A stretch of DNA of 64,000 bases from NCBI RefSeq assembly GCF_963921235.1, contig NC_086109.1, positions 35,466,001 through 35,530,000 of the forward strand, written 5' to 3'. The translations under genes were made by a program, and so were the position numbers. Under the pieces are notes generated by a model, which did not search any database, had not been told where the DNA came from, and worked only from the letters and a program-made list of their open reading frames with translations. The stretch is from Mobula hypostoma. Lineage: Eukaryota. Of the stretch, positions 1 to 13,168 are shown in pieces (the first letter of the stretch is position 1; each line of letters starts with the position of its first letter).

Positions 1-65
1 AAAAATAATAACAAAAAAAATCAAAGGTATTCATTTATGGCTTCTTAATTTTTATTTATTTTATT

Positions 66-308
66 TTATTTAGAGATAAGAATAAGCCCGTCTGCCCCCC
101 CTATTTACCCCTAGTCTAATCATGGGACAATTTACAATAGCCAATTAACCTATTAGCTAGTATGTCCTTGGATTATTGATGGAAACCGGAGCACCTGGAG
201 AAGATCCAGACATTCCATGGGGAACATATACAAACTCTTCGCATAGGACCTGGAATTGAACATCAAACTGTGGCACGCTGAGATGTAAAAGCATTGTGAG
301 AACCACTC
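66..308 (-). mobile_element. tRNA-derived V-SINE-like element, decayed
   Basis: V-domain-like GGAAACCGGAGCACCTGGAG...GGGGAACATATACAAACTC followed by GGAATTGAAC (reverse complement of a B-box); (TTTA)n tail on the left. Confidence 0.65.
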
Positions 309-1499
309 ATTCTTATTCACAGGTTTTTTTTCTTTACAATAACTGATATCAATAAAATATTTATCAATTCTAAAATATTAATATACTTTGAAGACAATAT
401 TATCTGTATTTAACTGTTCAGAATTTATACCTCGAAGCTTACGAAATACCTATTTTATTTCCGAGTCCAACACTTTGACACCAGTGAAGTCACACCACTA
501 AGTATTCACAATTTTGAGCAGATGACACACCAGGTAAACCACAAGTGATTCTAGGATAAAATTATAACAATTTTGTCGCAGTGGCAGAGATGTGACAGAC
601 CATCAACCAGCCATTTGAACGAGCAAGTTAAATGATTCTCCAGAGTAATAAAACCTTTGGCAGGTTGGCAGATTCGGCTTTAAACAAACAGGGCAGTAAG
701 GGGCTCTGAGTCACAGTTTAGGCCAGAGAAAATAATCTGGGATAATCATTTGCCATAATCTGTATGAAGTGCTAGACCTTTAATGTCAATCCCCTTTTAT
801 TTTATAGTGGGAAGTTTAAGTTTCGCTCTGATTCTGAAAAACTCAAAACCTAAGGGAAAATATCACATGAATGACAAAGGAGCTTTAGACTGGTACTTCA
901 CAAAGTTTGATTCAATCAAGTTTGTTACTGGTAATTACAACTATGTCTTGACTTCTGGACGTTAAAGGGTCTCCTTTGAACTCAGACTGCTGTTACAGCA
1001 CTTTGGTTGATGTGGATCTTAACTATATTCATGTATCATCAGTATCAGGGAGATTTTAGCCTAAAAATCTCATCTTATGCAAAGCCCTTAATGTGGATGA
1101 TTGGATATCTGGACATTGGAAGTTATTTGGTACAACGGCACGTTTCAGTGAAGGTCACCAAATTGTGTCCAAGTTCTCTGTTAGTTGCTTGCACACAGAA
1201 GCTCTTAAACATGCACTAAACATGTTTTGATGCCACTGTCACAAAATCCAGTTGCATGGACCACACATGCAGAGAAAACGTTGATTGTGGATTTGACTCA
1301 TAGAAAAGACCTGCCTGACCAGGTTTGAGAGCACATTCCAGAGATAGGAACCAATTCCATGCAGGTACCTTTTCAATTCTGTTAGAAACCTTTTTCAGCC
1401 TCTCATTGTCAGGTCCTGACATTGATCCCCTCAGCTGTAACACCAAAGAACCACCGGCATCTCCACCATCTTTTTCTAAAATTTATTATTCTGCTATGG

Positions 1500-2040
1500 C
1501 AATTAATTTTTTGGTCCTCCCTAACAGTATTTGGGAGCCACTTTCTTGAACTGCAGAAGCTCTGATGAAGGTAGGGAATTCCTGGATTTTGACCCAGTGA
1601 TTACGAAGGACCTGTGATATATTTGCATCTCAGGATAGTATGTGAATTGGAAGGGAACCAGCAGATGATGGGGTTCCCATGCTGCCCTTCTGTGTGGTAG
1701 TCATGATATGGGATATGCTGCTGAATTAACTTGGGTGAGTAAGTACATTTTGCTGATCACACACACTGTAGTCACTGTGCATCTGCAGTCAAGGGAATGA
1801 ATATTTCTGGTTGTAATGGGGCTGTCGATTAACCAGGCAGCTTGGTCCTGGATGGTGTCAAGCTTCTTGACAACTATTGAATGTGTATTCATCAGACAAA
1901 GTGGAGAGTATTTCAATATGACCCTGACTTGTGCTGAGTAGATGGTGCAAAAACCTTAAGTTATCATGACTTGAATTACTTACCATAGGATACCCTGTCT
2001 CCGACCTGTACTTGTAGCCAAGAAACTTAATGTTGCTGGT
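1500..2040 (-). mobile_element. Old CR1/L2-group LINE 3' fragment
   Basis: ORF 1701-1916(-) KKLDTIQDQAAWLI...NIHSLDCRCTV resembles the post-RT C-terminus of CR1/L2 ORF2. Confidence 0.5.
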
Positions 2041-2049
2041 CCAAAGTAC

Positions 2050-2835
2050 AAAGTTCAAAGTAAATTTATTATCAAAGTGTATATATATATATATATATGT
2101 CACTATATACAATCCTGAGATTCATTTTACTCAATAAATCCAGAATAAAATAACCATGATAAAAAAAATGAAAGACCACAACAACTTGGGCATTCAATCA
2201 GTGTGCAAAAGACAACAAACTGTGCAAATACAAAAAGAAAAAATAAATAGAATAATAATAATAATAATAATAAATAAGCAATAAATATCAAGAACATGAG
2301 ATGAAGAGTCCTTGAAAGTAAATCCATAGGCTGTAGGAATATTTTGTGATAGGGCAAGTGAAGTTGAGTGAAATTATCCCCTTCCTTTGATTCAAGAGCC
2401 TGATTGTTCGGGGTAATGACTGTACCTGAACTTGGTGGTATGATTCCTGAGGCTCTTGTACCTTATTCTTGATGGCAGCAGCAAGAAGAGAGCATGTCCT
2501 GGGTGCCGCGGGCTCCTAATGATGATGCTGCTTTCCTGCCACAATGCTCTCTGTAGATGTACTCAATGGTGGAGATGACTTTACCCATGATGGACTGTTC
2601 ATATCCATTAGTTTTGTAGGATTTTCCGTCCAAGGGCTTTGGTGCTTACATACCAGGCTGTGATGCAGCCGGTTAATATACTCTCCACCACACATATATA
2701 GAAGTTTGTCAAAGTTTTACACGTCATGCTGAATCTTTGCAAACTCCTAAAGAAGCAGAAATGCTGACGTGCTTTCTTCTTACATGCTGGGCCCAGGCCA
2801 GGTCATCTGAAATGATAGCACTGAGGAATTTAAAA
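2050..2835 (-). mobile_element. Rex1/Babar-like LINE 3' fragment
   Basis: End motif AAAGTTCAAAGTAAATTTATT shared with copies near 50468 and 58875; internal CATACCAGGCTGTGATGCA shared with other Rex1-like copies in the window. Confidence 0.6.
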
Positions 2836-2899
2836 TTTAAAGTTCACTCTTGCATGTTGCACTCAGAGACTGAAATCACAGGATCATTGGAGACTGTGG

Positions 2900-3215
2900 G
2901 AGTTTGTCATGTTTTCTCCATGCTATGAAGGTCAAAGTGAGCATAAAAGGCATTGAGCTCATCTGGAAGTGAAGCCCTGTTGCCGTCTATGCCGCTTGAT
3001 TTTATTTTATAGTGTTCAAGCCCTACCACGACTGTTGAGCATCCTTTATTCATTTGTTTAGCCCAGAATTGCCACTTGCCTTTCTGGAGATTCTACTTGG
3101 ATCTCTTGTAACTTTCTTGGATGCCACTGATCTGACCCTCAGTAGATTGCGGATCTCATGGTTCATCCAGGGATTCTGGTTAGGGAAACCTCTGAATGCT
3201 TTTGTGGGGCCACAC
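2900..3215 (-). mobile_element. Rex1-like LINE internal fragment
   Basis: FPNQNPWMNHEIRNLLRVR matches the PNQKPW linker typical of Rex1 ORFs. Confidence 0.5.
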
Positions 3216-3347
3216 TCCAAACGAGTTTGCGGAAAATGGAAAATGGGAATGGACAGTGTTGACAATGTGGAGCTTGCGATGATTTGTCTGCAGATTTTAG
3301 AACTGGCTTATTTATACTGTTTTCATTGAAGAAATCATTGATTCACG

Positions 3348-3750
3348 ATGTCAAATTCTAAAGAAGCAAAAGGCATGAAGCACAAAAGAGCTGCTAGTTC
3401 ATTTAAAGAGGACTGGCTGAATAAAACAGTAGAAACTGTTATACCGAAAGCTCATGAGGCCAGGAACATGCAGCAATGAGAAATATTTATGTACAATACA
3501 GAAGCTGGTGTTACCTGCATGTATTGTCGTGATGCAAAAGTTGCTAGAGAATTTGCAAGTGGGAAGAAATGGAGTGATATTTGGAAACTTGACCTTTTAA
3601 AGCATAATTTAGCAAGCAAATCACATATGGACGGTGTGCAAAAGCTCTGGCGAGAAAATCCTTCATTACCCACTATAGGCCTGGTACGTAGGTTTTATGA
3701 GAGTGCAGATGAGCTAGAGTGAAAATGATCAAACCCAAAGAGGATCAAAG
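3348..3750 (+). pseudogene. hAT-like transposase N-terminal fragment with zinc-finger-like motif
   Basis: ATG at 3348 reads MSNSKEAKGMKHKRAASSFKEDWL..., then one in-frame TGA, then CMYC...LLKHNLASKSH (F-x3-W, CxxC, H-x6-H pattern as in ZNF862-like hAT proteins). Confidence 0.55.
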
Positions 3751-4109
3751 TTATTTCTTTCTCTGGTATCACTGTCTCAGTGAGTGAGTGACCGAGTCTG
3801 CATGGAGCTCTCAGCTCAGCTCAGGGATAGAATGTGATATGAGAGAAGGAATGTAGAAGTATCTCGTATTCATCCAGCAGAAGATGCCAGCAGCCCTGGT
3901 GCAGATGGTAAATCCACATTGAGTCATCCCAATGGTCTGTCAGTGCGCATTCATACAAGCCAGTCTTCCGAATGATCATTTGCATGTACGAAGCATCCAT
4001 AAGTCAGGCATTTGTAATCCATAGAGACTCGTTAAAGTGATTTTTGTTCTCTCTGTCCCAAAGAGTAGTGCACTTAGGCCATTGCTGATCTAAAAGAAAC
4101 CGAATATAG

Positions 4110-4565
4110 GTCCTGCTGCCATGACGAGGCCAAACTCATGTTGGAAAAGCAACAGCTCATATTCCTTCTGGGTAGCCTCCAACCTGACGGAATGAACATT
4201 AAATTCTCCATCTTTCTTTAATTTCTTACTCTCCCTCCTCTTTTCTCCCCATTCTCATGTTCCACTGTCTTCTCCTATTAGATTTCTTCTTCTTCTTCAG
4301 CCCTTTAGCTTTTTCACATATCCTTTTCCAGATTTTTACAGCAACCACCAATCTCCCACATCCACACTTAGTCTCATCTGTCACTTGCCAGCTTGTACTG
4401 TTTCCTCTCCCTAACCTTCATACTCTGGCTTCTGCCCCCTTCTTTTCCAGTTCATTTCTCAGCCTGAAACAGCAACAGTTTATTTCCCTCCTACAGATGC
4501 TGCCTGATCTGCTGTGTTTCTACAGAATTCTGTGTGTGTTGCACAGGTTCAGTACAATCTGTTGC
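4110..4565 (+). mobile_element. Old Penelope-like element 3' fragment
   Basis: Encodes EAKLMLEKQQLIFLLGSLQPDGMNI, homologous to the GIY-YIG C-terminus at 13.8 kb; decayed pLTR with CCTGAAAC...CAGATGCTGCCTGA. Confidence 0.7.
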
Positions 4566-4693
4566 AGCCCTCAGCTTCACTTGTTCAGGATGATTATTCA
4601 TATTGAATTCCTAATGTAAAAATAAAACATCGCAACACACATCAAAGTTGCTGGTGAACGCAGCAGGCCAGGCAGCATCTCTAGGAAGAGGTG

Positions 4694-4735
4694 CAGTCGA
4701 CATTTCAGGCCGAGACCCTTCGTCAGGACTAACTG
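4694..4735 (-). ncRNA. Minimal hammerhead ribozyme motif (GAAAUGUC variant)
   Basis: AGUC-CUGACGA-A-GGGU CUCG GCCU-GAAA-U-GUC-GACU on the minus strand. Confidence 0.7.
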
Positions 4736-5831
4736 AAGGAAGAGTTAGTAAGAGATTTGAAAGTGGGAGGGGGAGGGGGAGATCCAAAATGATAGGAGAA
4801 GACAGGAGGGGGAGGGATGGAGCCAAGAGCTGGACAGGTGATTGGCAAAGAGGATATGAGAGGATCATGGGACAGGAGGCCCAGGGAGAAAGACAAGCGG
4901 GGGGGGACCCAGAGGATGGGCAAGGGGTATAGTGAGAGGGACAAAAAGGAGAGAGAGAGAAAAAATGTGTGTATAAAAATAAATAACAGATGGGGATCGA
5001 GGGGAAGGTGGGGCATTAGTGGAAGTTAGAGAAGTCGATGTTCATGCCATCAGGTTGGAGGCTACCCAGACGGAATATAAGGTGTTGTTCTTCCAACCTG
5101 AGTGTGGCTTCATCTTGACAGTAGAGGAGGCCGTGGATAGACATGTCAGAATGGGAATGGGATGTGGAATTAAAATATGTGGCCATTGGGAGATCCTGCT
5201 TTCTCTGGCGGACAGAGCAGAGCAAAGCGGTCTCCCAGTCTGCATCGGGTCTCGCCAATATATAGAAGGCCACATCGAGAGCACCGGACGCAGTATATCA
5301 CGCCAGCTGACTCACAGGTGAAGTGTCGAACACCTACGCTCTGTCCGCCAGAGAAAGCAGGATCTCCCAGTGGCCACACATTTTAATTCCACATCCCATT
5401 CCCATTCTGACATGTCTATCCACGGCCTCCTCCACTGTCAAGATGAAGCCACACTCAGGTTGGAGGAACAACACCTTATATTCCGTCTGGGTAGCCTTCA
5501 ACCTGATGGCATGAACATCGACTTCTCTAACATCCGCTAATGCCCCACCTCCCCCTCGTACCCCATCCGTTATTTATTTTTATACACACATTCTTTCTCT
5601 CACTCTCCTTTTTCTCCCTCTGTCCCTCTGACTATACCCCTTGCCCATCCTCTGGGTTCCCCCCGCCCTTTTGTCTTTCTCCCTGGGCCTCCTGTCCCAT
5701 GATTCTCTCATATCCTCTTTGCCAATCACCTGTCCAGCTCTTGGCTCCATCCCTCCCCCTCCTGTCTTCTCCTATCATTTTGGATCTCCCCCTCCCCCTC
5801 CCACTTTCAAATCCCTCACTCACTCTTCCTT

Positions 5832-5873
5832 CAGTTAGTCCTGACGAAGGGTCTCGGCCTGAAACGTTGACTG
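5832..5873 (+). ncRNA. Minimal hammerhead ribozyme motif (GUU triplet)
   Basis: AGTC CTGACGA A GGGT CTCG GCCT GAAAC GTT GACT. Confidence 0.75.
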
Positions 5874-6649
5874 TACCTCTTCCTAGAGATGCTGCTTGGC
5901 CTGCTGCGTTCACCAGCAACTTTAATGTGTTTTGCTTGAATTTCCAGCATCTGCAGAATTCCTGTTGTTTGCGTTTTAAAAAATAGAACAAGTTTGTTTA
6001 ACTCATGTGAAAGTTTCGTTATTGTGTGCAGACAGAGGCCAAAGTAACTCATATCATTCTGGATGTTACTGCCTATTTTTCACTCTGTGCTGCTCATGTT
6101 GTCAAGCCAGTCACATTCCAACCTTTCAGGAGAGATGAAAGAAATTGGGAGGGATTCCTTCATGCATGAGATTGCTTCAGCACAGACTACTTCACAAAAT
6201 CACAGATAGAGTTACAGCACAAAAAGTTTGTTCAGACCCTTATTTCTGTTCAACCCTTCCTACACTACCCTTCAATTATTTTTCTTTTCAGAAATGTACC
6301 TCATCCCTTTGGAATTCTATAGGGAATCTTCCTCAAAGATTAGCAATGTGTTCAATACCTTAACCACTCAGTGTGTAAAGAACTTTTTCATTATTTCACT
6401 TTTAATTCTTTTGTCAATTACCTTCACTTTATGTTCCCGGATTCATAATCTTACCCTACTTTGGAATGGTTTTCTTATCTCTCTTTGTCTATAGTTTTCA
6501 TCATTATAAATATCTCAATTTTTTTGTAATTTATTTTTTATTGAATTTCATCATCAAACAAACATGTTAGCCCTATTCACAGATGCCTGCTCCAAAAAAG
6601 AACTATCCCACTTTCCCATTTTATCCATATTATTAAAATTACTTATCCC

Positions 6650-7450
6650 AGTAATCATTTGTGAAATCTCTCCTGCAACCTATCTCAAGATCTGATGCAC
6701 TTCTGAAAGTGCAACACCTAGTTGTGCTTGAATCAATGTTATGTACAACTTCATCATAATTTTCTTGCTGTTGTACTCGTTGTCTCTTAAAACCAGAAGC
6801 CACACACTTTATGCTTAAACTGATCTCTCAATCAGCCCCACCACTTTCAATGAATAATACATATGCCTCCAGACCACTACTCTTGTATTCCTGTTAGAAC
6901 TGTGCTCCCTAGTGATATTGCCTCTTCTCATTCTTTATACTGCACCAATAAACAAAATTGTCTGCCCTCTCATTAAGTTTTGTCTGCCACCTGTTCAGCC
7001 AATCCACCAGCCAGTCTATATTCTGTATCCTTGAAATCTATTGTTATCCTGTTAATAATTCATTACCCCTCTAAGTTTTCAGAAAGTTTACGTTTTGTGC
7101 TCTGTTCACCCAAGCCCAAATTATCAATATATCATAAGGAAAGAAGTTGTCCTAGGACTGACTATTGGGTAACTCTACTGCACACTTCTCTTCATTCTAA
7201 CAAGCGCCATTTTACACTACTTTCTGTCTCCTTTTCTACCCATTGTGCTAGAGCTACTTCTAATCATAGTTCTTCATTCTTCAAGACAAAACTATTATGT
7301 GGTACTTCAGCAAAAACATTGCCGATATTTATCACTCCAACCTCACTTCTGCCTTTGATACTCTGTTATCTCTATCAAGTATGTTAGATACAACTTGCCT
7401 TCAATGGGTTCATGTTGGCTTTCCCTGATTGTAGTGGCAAAACTTAATCC
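6650..7450 (-). mobile_element. Highly decayed CR1-like LINE
   Basis: Residual similarity to younger CR1 copies (e.g. TTATGTGGTACTTCAGCAAAAACATT vs ATATGTGGCACCTTGTCAAAGGCCTT at 29.6 kb). Confidence 0.4.
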
Positions 7451-8694
7451 AAAATCAAAACAATTGCCATTAGCCTGTGACCGCCATGGGTTTGTTATAC
7501 TTGCATGACACACCCTTAGGTTCAATGAATTGATGGCTCCAAATAATCCGTATTTCAATCCTTTATTAGCAAACATACAATCATGAAGCAATATGAAGTG
7601 ATCAGCAAGGAAATTACCTTTGCCGGTCCCGAGCTACAAACTGCCGTTAAATAAGCAAGAACACGTAACTTATTCCCTTCACTTTTACCACAATCCCACT
7701 AATGAGGCTAATTACCATAATAAAAGAAATAAACGTGCAACACAAGATACATGGCTCCTACACTGATCAATCCAAATTAGTCAAAGTGATTGCTAATTTT
7801 GTCTCTGAGTATTATTTCATGAACTTTCCTCTCCAAAAACATTCATTTGGCTGGTCTATAGGTATGGGTTTAACCCAAACATCCTTTGCTAAATAAAGAT
7901 ATAACCTTTTGCAGGTTTCCAGTTTTCAACTACACTCCTGATGCTAGGATTATGGTTATGGTCACTGCACTTTTCTTCCTTATTGCCTTCACTCTGCAAG
8001 AGTGAACACATCTGAACCAAGTGACTTATCATGGATAAGGGCAGCTATCCTTTCCAGTACCACATCTTTATCAATTTTTAAACATCTCCCCTTACAGCCC
8101 ATTTCCTGTTTATATTAATTTTAAAACTGAACCCAAAAAACATTTTGTTTGACTCTTCTCATGCCCATTACTTATCTCTTATACTTCACCCCTAACATTC
8201 CTTTGGAACTTTTTGTAATCTTACTGGTTTTCAATGAGAAGGTGTTTTGCAGAAATTATCCTGGATGCTTTCAGTACTGGAAAGCCTGTCATGTGGAAAC
8301 TCACTTGAAAACTTCATCTAAAGTGAGCAGTGTACAGCCTCTTTTGCAGAAACCAGCAAGTCTTGCCATTGGTTTCTTGAGTTTCCTGGGCTACAAGATC
8401 ATTTACTTTTTCATTGAAAGCCAGCAAGATTACAGTAAGTTCCAAAGGAATGGACTATAGATAGGAGGGAAAGGTGGACTCTTTTACTCTGACTGCAGAA
8501 GGGCCATGCCCTCTCCCCTGGAGAAAGCCTGTCAGGATCCCATTCTTTCCTTAAGTCTGCTGAAGCTTCAGCATTATCAAGAAGTAAGGTTGGATGGACG
8601 TTCTCCTGACTGCTAATTTTGTCCTACGGTAGCCGGTTAGGCAGTACTTATAGACATAGAAGTAGAATTAATATTCCTATTGATGTCTTAATTG

Positions 8695-9520
8695 CAGTTT
8701 GCGTTCCTCTTATCTGAATTTGGGTCTGGAAATGTTTCAGATTTTGGAATTTATAATGAGATAGCTTGGGGTCACCATCATTGCAACTCTGAATTTTGTG
8801 ATCTACTGGTAAGCAGTCTTAAACTTGATCATCTCCTATAGGTACATAACAGTAAAAATGTTTACATACCATTAATATAATTGTATGTAGAGTAACAAAA
8901 ACAAACCTGAATCAGCTGTTGAAAAACAAAGGCACGCATTCAATCTCCACCTAAGATGTTGTGGTTTCTTTAGAAGGTTATAGTACACTTTACTTGTATT
9001 TCACTTTTTATGCTGTAAGTAAGGTATAATAACAATCAGCACTATAGACTTGTTTTGGTGTTAGATTTTCATCAGCGGTGATCTTGGTTAACTCATCAAA
9101 GAATTTCTCTGCTGCTTTGTGATCAGCAGACGCTTTATCTTTAAAATGTTTTATTATCTTAAATAATTTAATGCTGTGTCTTTACTTAAATTTCTGCAAT
9201 AAACTGAAAATAGAGCTTTCCTATTTCATGATCAGCATACTGTTAGGTGGCAAATGTTCACCACCAACACTGATGTATCTATTCTTTCAATATAAGATTG
9301 AGCTTTTAATTTTTTACTTTGTCCAGTAAAGTTCGAAGCATTTTCCTATTTCTCATTAACTTCTGTTCATTACATATGTGAGATCACTTCTCAAGACTGT
9401 CTGTGATGCGCAGTGCCTTGCACATTGCCTGGGAACTTTCCCAGCGCTTCCATTTGTGATACCATGTCAGTGCTCAAAAAAATGTTGGATTGTGGAGGTT
9501 CTCAGATTTTGGAAGGGGTA
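8695..9520 (-). mobile_element. Tigger/pogo-like DNA transposon relic (MER46/Tigger4-like)
   Basis: Subterminal TTTCAGATTTTGGA motifs at both ends and CATGTCAGTGCTCAAAAA; minus-strand residues LQKFK*RHSIK and DKASADHKAAEKFFDE resemble a pogo transposase. Confidence 0.55.
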
Positions 9521-10003
9521 ATCATCCTGAATTTTGACTGGCTGCCTGTGGAGGAGAGAGTCCATCAGATCAGGGGGAAACATTAAGAGGCTGTTAATAC
9601 AGAAGAAGCATTGCAGTCAGGAATAATACTATGGGCAGTCCGTCATGAAGGAGATATTGGGGTGGATTTTCAACTTGTTAACTGAGATGAAAATTGATTG
9701 TGCAAATTAGCTGCCCAATAGAAACTCCCCATCATTATCATATCTATTTATATGCGGTAAAATTTGTGATAAAGTGTTATCCTTGACATCCTAAAGGTAT
9801 TGCAAGATGCTTCAAATTCAATAGATTAACATGTTACTATGTAAACAAAAATGGCAGATAGTGTGTGCCCGGTGCGTTCCATATTCAAATGACAGAGGTG
9901 CCAATGAATCTGTAGGGTAGTGTCATTTTGATGGTGTTGACTGTAGGAAATGCTAGCAGCATTTATGCTATTACATTGACCTAATTGCACACATCCTCTA
10001 GGA

Positions 10004-10083
10004 CAGTGGTTCCCAACCTGGGCTCCACAGACTCCTTGCTTAATGGTATTGGCCATTAACATAAAAATGTTTGGAAACCCCTG
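10004..10083. mobile_element. 80-bp hAT MITE
   Basis: TIRs CAGTGGTTCCCAA / TTGGAAACCCCTG; 8-bp TSD CTCTAGGA / CTCTAGGC; related copy at 57161. Confidence 0.75.
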
Positions 10084-10338
10084 CTCTAGGCAGTACTCTG
10101 GCACTGCAGCATTTCAGCACCGAACTGTCACCTTTCATTGCATAATGGAAAAAGAGCAATCTACTGAAGTAACTTAAGTTAGGACAAAAACCTGGAGGTA
10201 AAATGATAGTCAATGTTGTGTGTCGAGACCCTACATGAGTTGCTTTGATTGCAAGAAGGACATAATTACACAATCTGCAAACAGGTGGTTAACAATACCA
10301 CTGTAGAACAAAATCTTATCACTGAAGGATGACAGGGC

Positions 10339-10341
<3 letters not shown>

Positions 10342-10374
<33 letters not shown>
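10342..10374. repeat. (TC)n microsatellite
   Basis: About 16 perfect TC units. Confidence 0.95.
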
Positions 10375-10376
<2 letters not shown>

Positions 10377-11629
10377 AGAAGGACAATAAAATATCAATGC
10401 AGGTTAGATCAAACAGAATTGAAAATATAAATATATATCAAGTATAAACATGAACAACTTTAGAGCAATCTGATCTCTAACTCCTCTAAAACAAAATTTC
10501 AATCAACAGCAGCATATTAATAGCCATTTGATCACTTAAAACTGCCATATCGCAATTTTTTATTTGGAAAATATTTGAGGATTTATTTTTGAAGTGGAAC
10601 GGCTGACTGAGCATATAACAGTCCTTCAGGCTTCAACACAGTACCATCAGTTAGCAGCTTTTTCTTCTCCCTTGCCTATTCCAGCATGTAACAATACAAC
10701 AATAGACAAAGATGTTAGAATGCTGAAGTTCAGTCAATATCATGCCGCTTTTCATATGCTTATCTGTACAGTAAAATACTAGTGGCAAAACTACACTTGT
10801 TTTCAGCCACAGACAAAGGATAGAAATAATAATGACTGCTGTGTACTATTGACAGGCTGGTACCTTAACAGAGTTGCATGTTTAACAAATAGCTGTCAAA
10901 TATAGCACCTCTGTAACAGTAGTAAACATTTAAACTCTGTTGAATATATATTCTTTATCAAGGAGAATGAACACAATTCTCTCCTGTGTGGATAGAGAAA
11001 AGAACAAGGCTGTCATGATTACAAAATATTATGCTATTTTCTAGGAATCAATATTATCAGATACACCTTACATTTTCTTAAATCCCAGACAAATCAATGG
11101 TTATACAAAGGGATAGCAAGAGGCCAGAATTTTAAAGAGAAGTTCTTGCTTTGTACAACATCTGCTGATTTGTTTCTCATACTGTCCTGTAAGCTGACTT
11201 GATTTCAAATGCAGGCAGTATCACATACTTTTCACAATACAATTTGTACCTTGTTTCCTTTACATGAAACATTAATGAGTATGGAAGATACTAAACTGCA
11301 ATTTCTTTTCCTCTTTACATAATGAAGACTTGACTTCCTTCTACAAAATATCACCCTTAAAGTACATATAATTATTGTGCTGTGACATTTGACACACCAT
11401 CTAGACCTTTTGCCAATCAATCCAAAACCTGGTACAGAACAAGTGGCTGCAGGCTAGGAAACAGAATTGATTTCCTCATTCATAATAGTCATTCTTTGCA
11501 GTTCAGCATTTCACTTTTCTTCAAACTTCACACAGATTTCACATTTAAGATGCATTTAAATATTTCAGTAACCCATTTAAAATGTGAATTTCACCATAAA
11601 TCAGATAACTATTTTACTACTTCTATGCA

Positions 11630-12710
11630 ATGTAAATAAACAGAGGGAACTAGGGGTTCAAGCCCAGGGTTCCCAGAAAATGGAAATATGGCAAGATAGG
11701 GTGGTGAAATCAGCATATGGCATGCTTGCTGACATAGGTTGGGTCATAGAATATAAAATCTGGGGTAATAATTTGCAACTTTATGAAACTGCATGTGGAG
11801 TATTGTTTATAGATCTGGTTACTCTTGTCTAGCAAGAATGTTTTCCCTGGAGTGAAGAGGGTGATGGAAGTATAGAATTAAATTGAATTGACTTTATTTC
11901 TTACATCCTTCACATACATGGGGAGTAAAAATCTTTTTGTTATGTCTCCGTCTAAACGTGCAATGTGCAATTTAAAGTAATTTGTAATAAACAGTATGCA
12001 TAACAGGACAGCCAATATAGCACAGAAATACAATTCTATCAGCATGAATTAATCAGTCTGATGGCCTGGTGGAAGATGCTGTCCCGGAGCCTGTTGGTCC
12101 TGGCTTTTACGCCGCGGTACCGTTTCCCGGATAGTAGCAGTTGGAACAGTTTGTGGTTGGGGTGACTCGGGTCCCTAATGATCCTTCGGGCCCTTTTTAT
12201 GCATCTATCTCTGTAAAAGTCCTGAATAGTGGGAAGTTCACATCTACAGATGCGCTGGGCTGTCCACACCACTCTCTGCAGAGAATACATTTGAGGAAAG
12301 TACAGTTCCCATACCAGGCCGTGATACAGCCAGTCAAGATGCTCTCAGTTGTGCAAATCATAAGAGGCAAAAGTGGGGTAGATCGTCAGATTATTTATTC
12401 CATGGAAAGAGTATCAAAAGCAAGAGGGCAGAGGTTTAACATTGGAGGAAGGAGTTTTAAAGGTATTTGAGAGAATTTTTTTCCCCTGTGCAGAGAGTGG
12501 CTGATAACTGGAATTTGCTCCAGGAGGAGATAGTGGAATCAACATCGATAATTTAATTTCAGAGATACTTAATCATACTTGAATACGCAAGACAAAGAAG
12601 AACATGGACCGAAAGAGAAAAATTAGGATTATTATTGTTGGATAAAAATGTTGTCATGAATATCTTGGGTCAAAGAGCCTGCTTCTGAGCTATTCAAATC
12701 TATGACGCTA
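11630..12710 (+). mobile_element. Decayed CR1 3' fragment, split by a Rex1-like insertion
   Basis: QRELGVQ...DRVVKSAYGMLA on the left and SKARGQRFNIGGRSF on the right, followed by a CR1-like 3' UTR. Confidence 0.65.
11876..12356 (-). mobile_element. Rex1/Babar-like LINE 3' fragment
   Basis: ORF 12039-12290 LQRVVWTAQRI...DPSHPNHKLFQLLLSGKRYR...SIFHQAIRLIN; short (AATTG)n tail. Confidence 0.8.
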
Positions 12711-12930
12711 TTGGCTGAAGCAGTGGAAGTGATTGGTGATTTTGAGAGGTTGCAGAAAGATACCAAACTTGTGAATGGATTAATTTGAACTCAAGCCATC
12801 AACAGGAAGAAACAAAGGTTATCTGAATTAAAACGCAAACAGGAATTCTGCAGATGCTGGAAATTCAAGCAACACACATCAAAGTTGCTGGTGAACGCAG
12901 CAGGCCAGGCAGCATCTCTAGGAAAAGGTA

Positions 12931-12972
12931 CAGTCGACGTTTCAGGCCGAGACCCTTCGTCAGGACTAACTG
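12931..12972 (-). ncRNA. Minimal hammerhead ribozyme motif, intact core
   Basis: AGUC CUGACGA A GGGU CUCG GCCU GAAAC GUC GACU. Confidence 0.85.
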
Positions 12973-13168
12973 AAGGAAGAGTTAGTAAGAGATTTGAAAG
13001 TGGGAGGGGGAGGGGGAGATCCAAAATGATAGGAGAAGACAGGAGGGGGAGGGATAGAGCCAAGAGCTGGACAGGTGATAGGCAAAAGGGGATACGAGAG
13101 GATCATGGGGCAGGAGGTCCGGGAAGAAAGACAAGTGGGGGGGGGGGTGGGATCCAGAGGATGGTCGA

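Larger units (their letters stand above)
4630..5978. mobile_element. Penelope-like element (Neptune-like), inverted two-arm insertion
   Basis: Minus arm ~4632-5327 and plus arm ~5328-5977 both encode the GIY-YIG C-terminus plus pLTR; flanked by AAAAATAAAACA (4618-4629) and AAAAATAGAACA (5979-5990). Confidence 0.9.

Noticed and set aside
1561..1600. CTGATGA motif suggesting another hammerhead
   Set aside because: No matching GAAA or stems nearby.
4611..5991. Many overlapping 60-150 aa ORFs (e.g. MLVNAAGQAASLGRG...) recurring at 4.6, 5.6, 12.9, 14.0 and 26.9 kb
   Set aside because: Translations of non-coding PLE pLTR sequence or antisense frames; recurrence reflects repeat copies, not a gene family.
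8558..8573. 16-bp perfect palindrome TGCTGAAGCTTCAGCA (similar 14-mer near 51294)
   Set aside because: Short, with no supporting context; compatible with chance in 64 kb.
13075..13168. N-terminal part of the 269-aa ORF
   Set aside because: Read-through from the inverted arm; not part of the real PLE protein.
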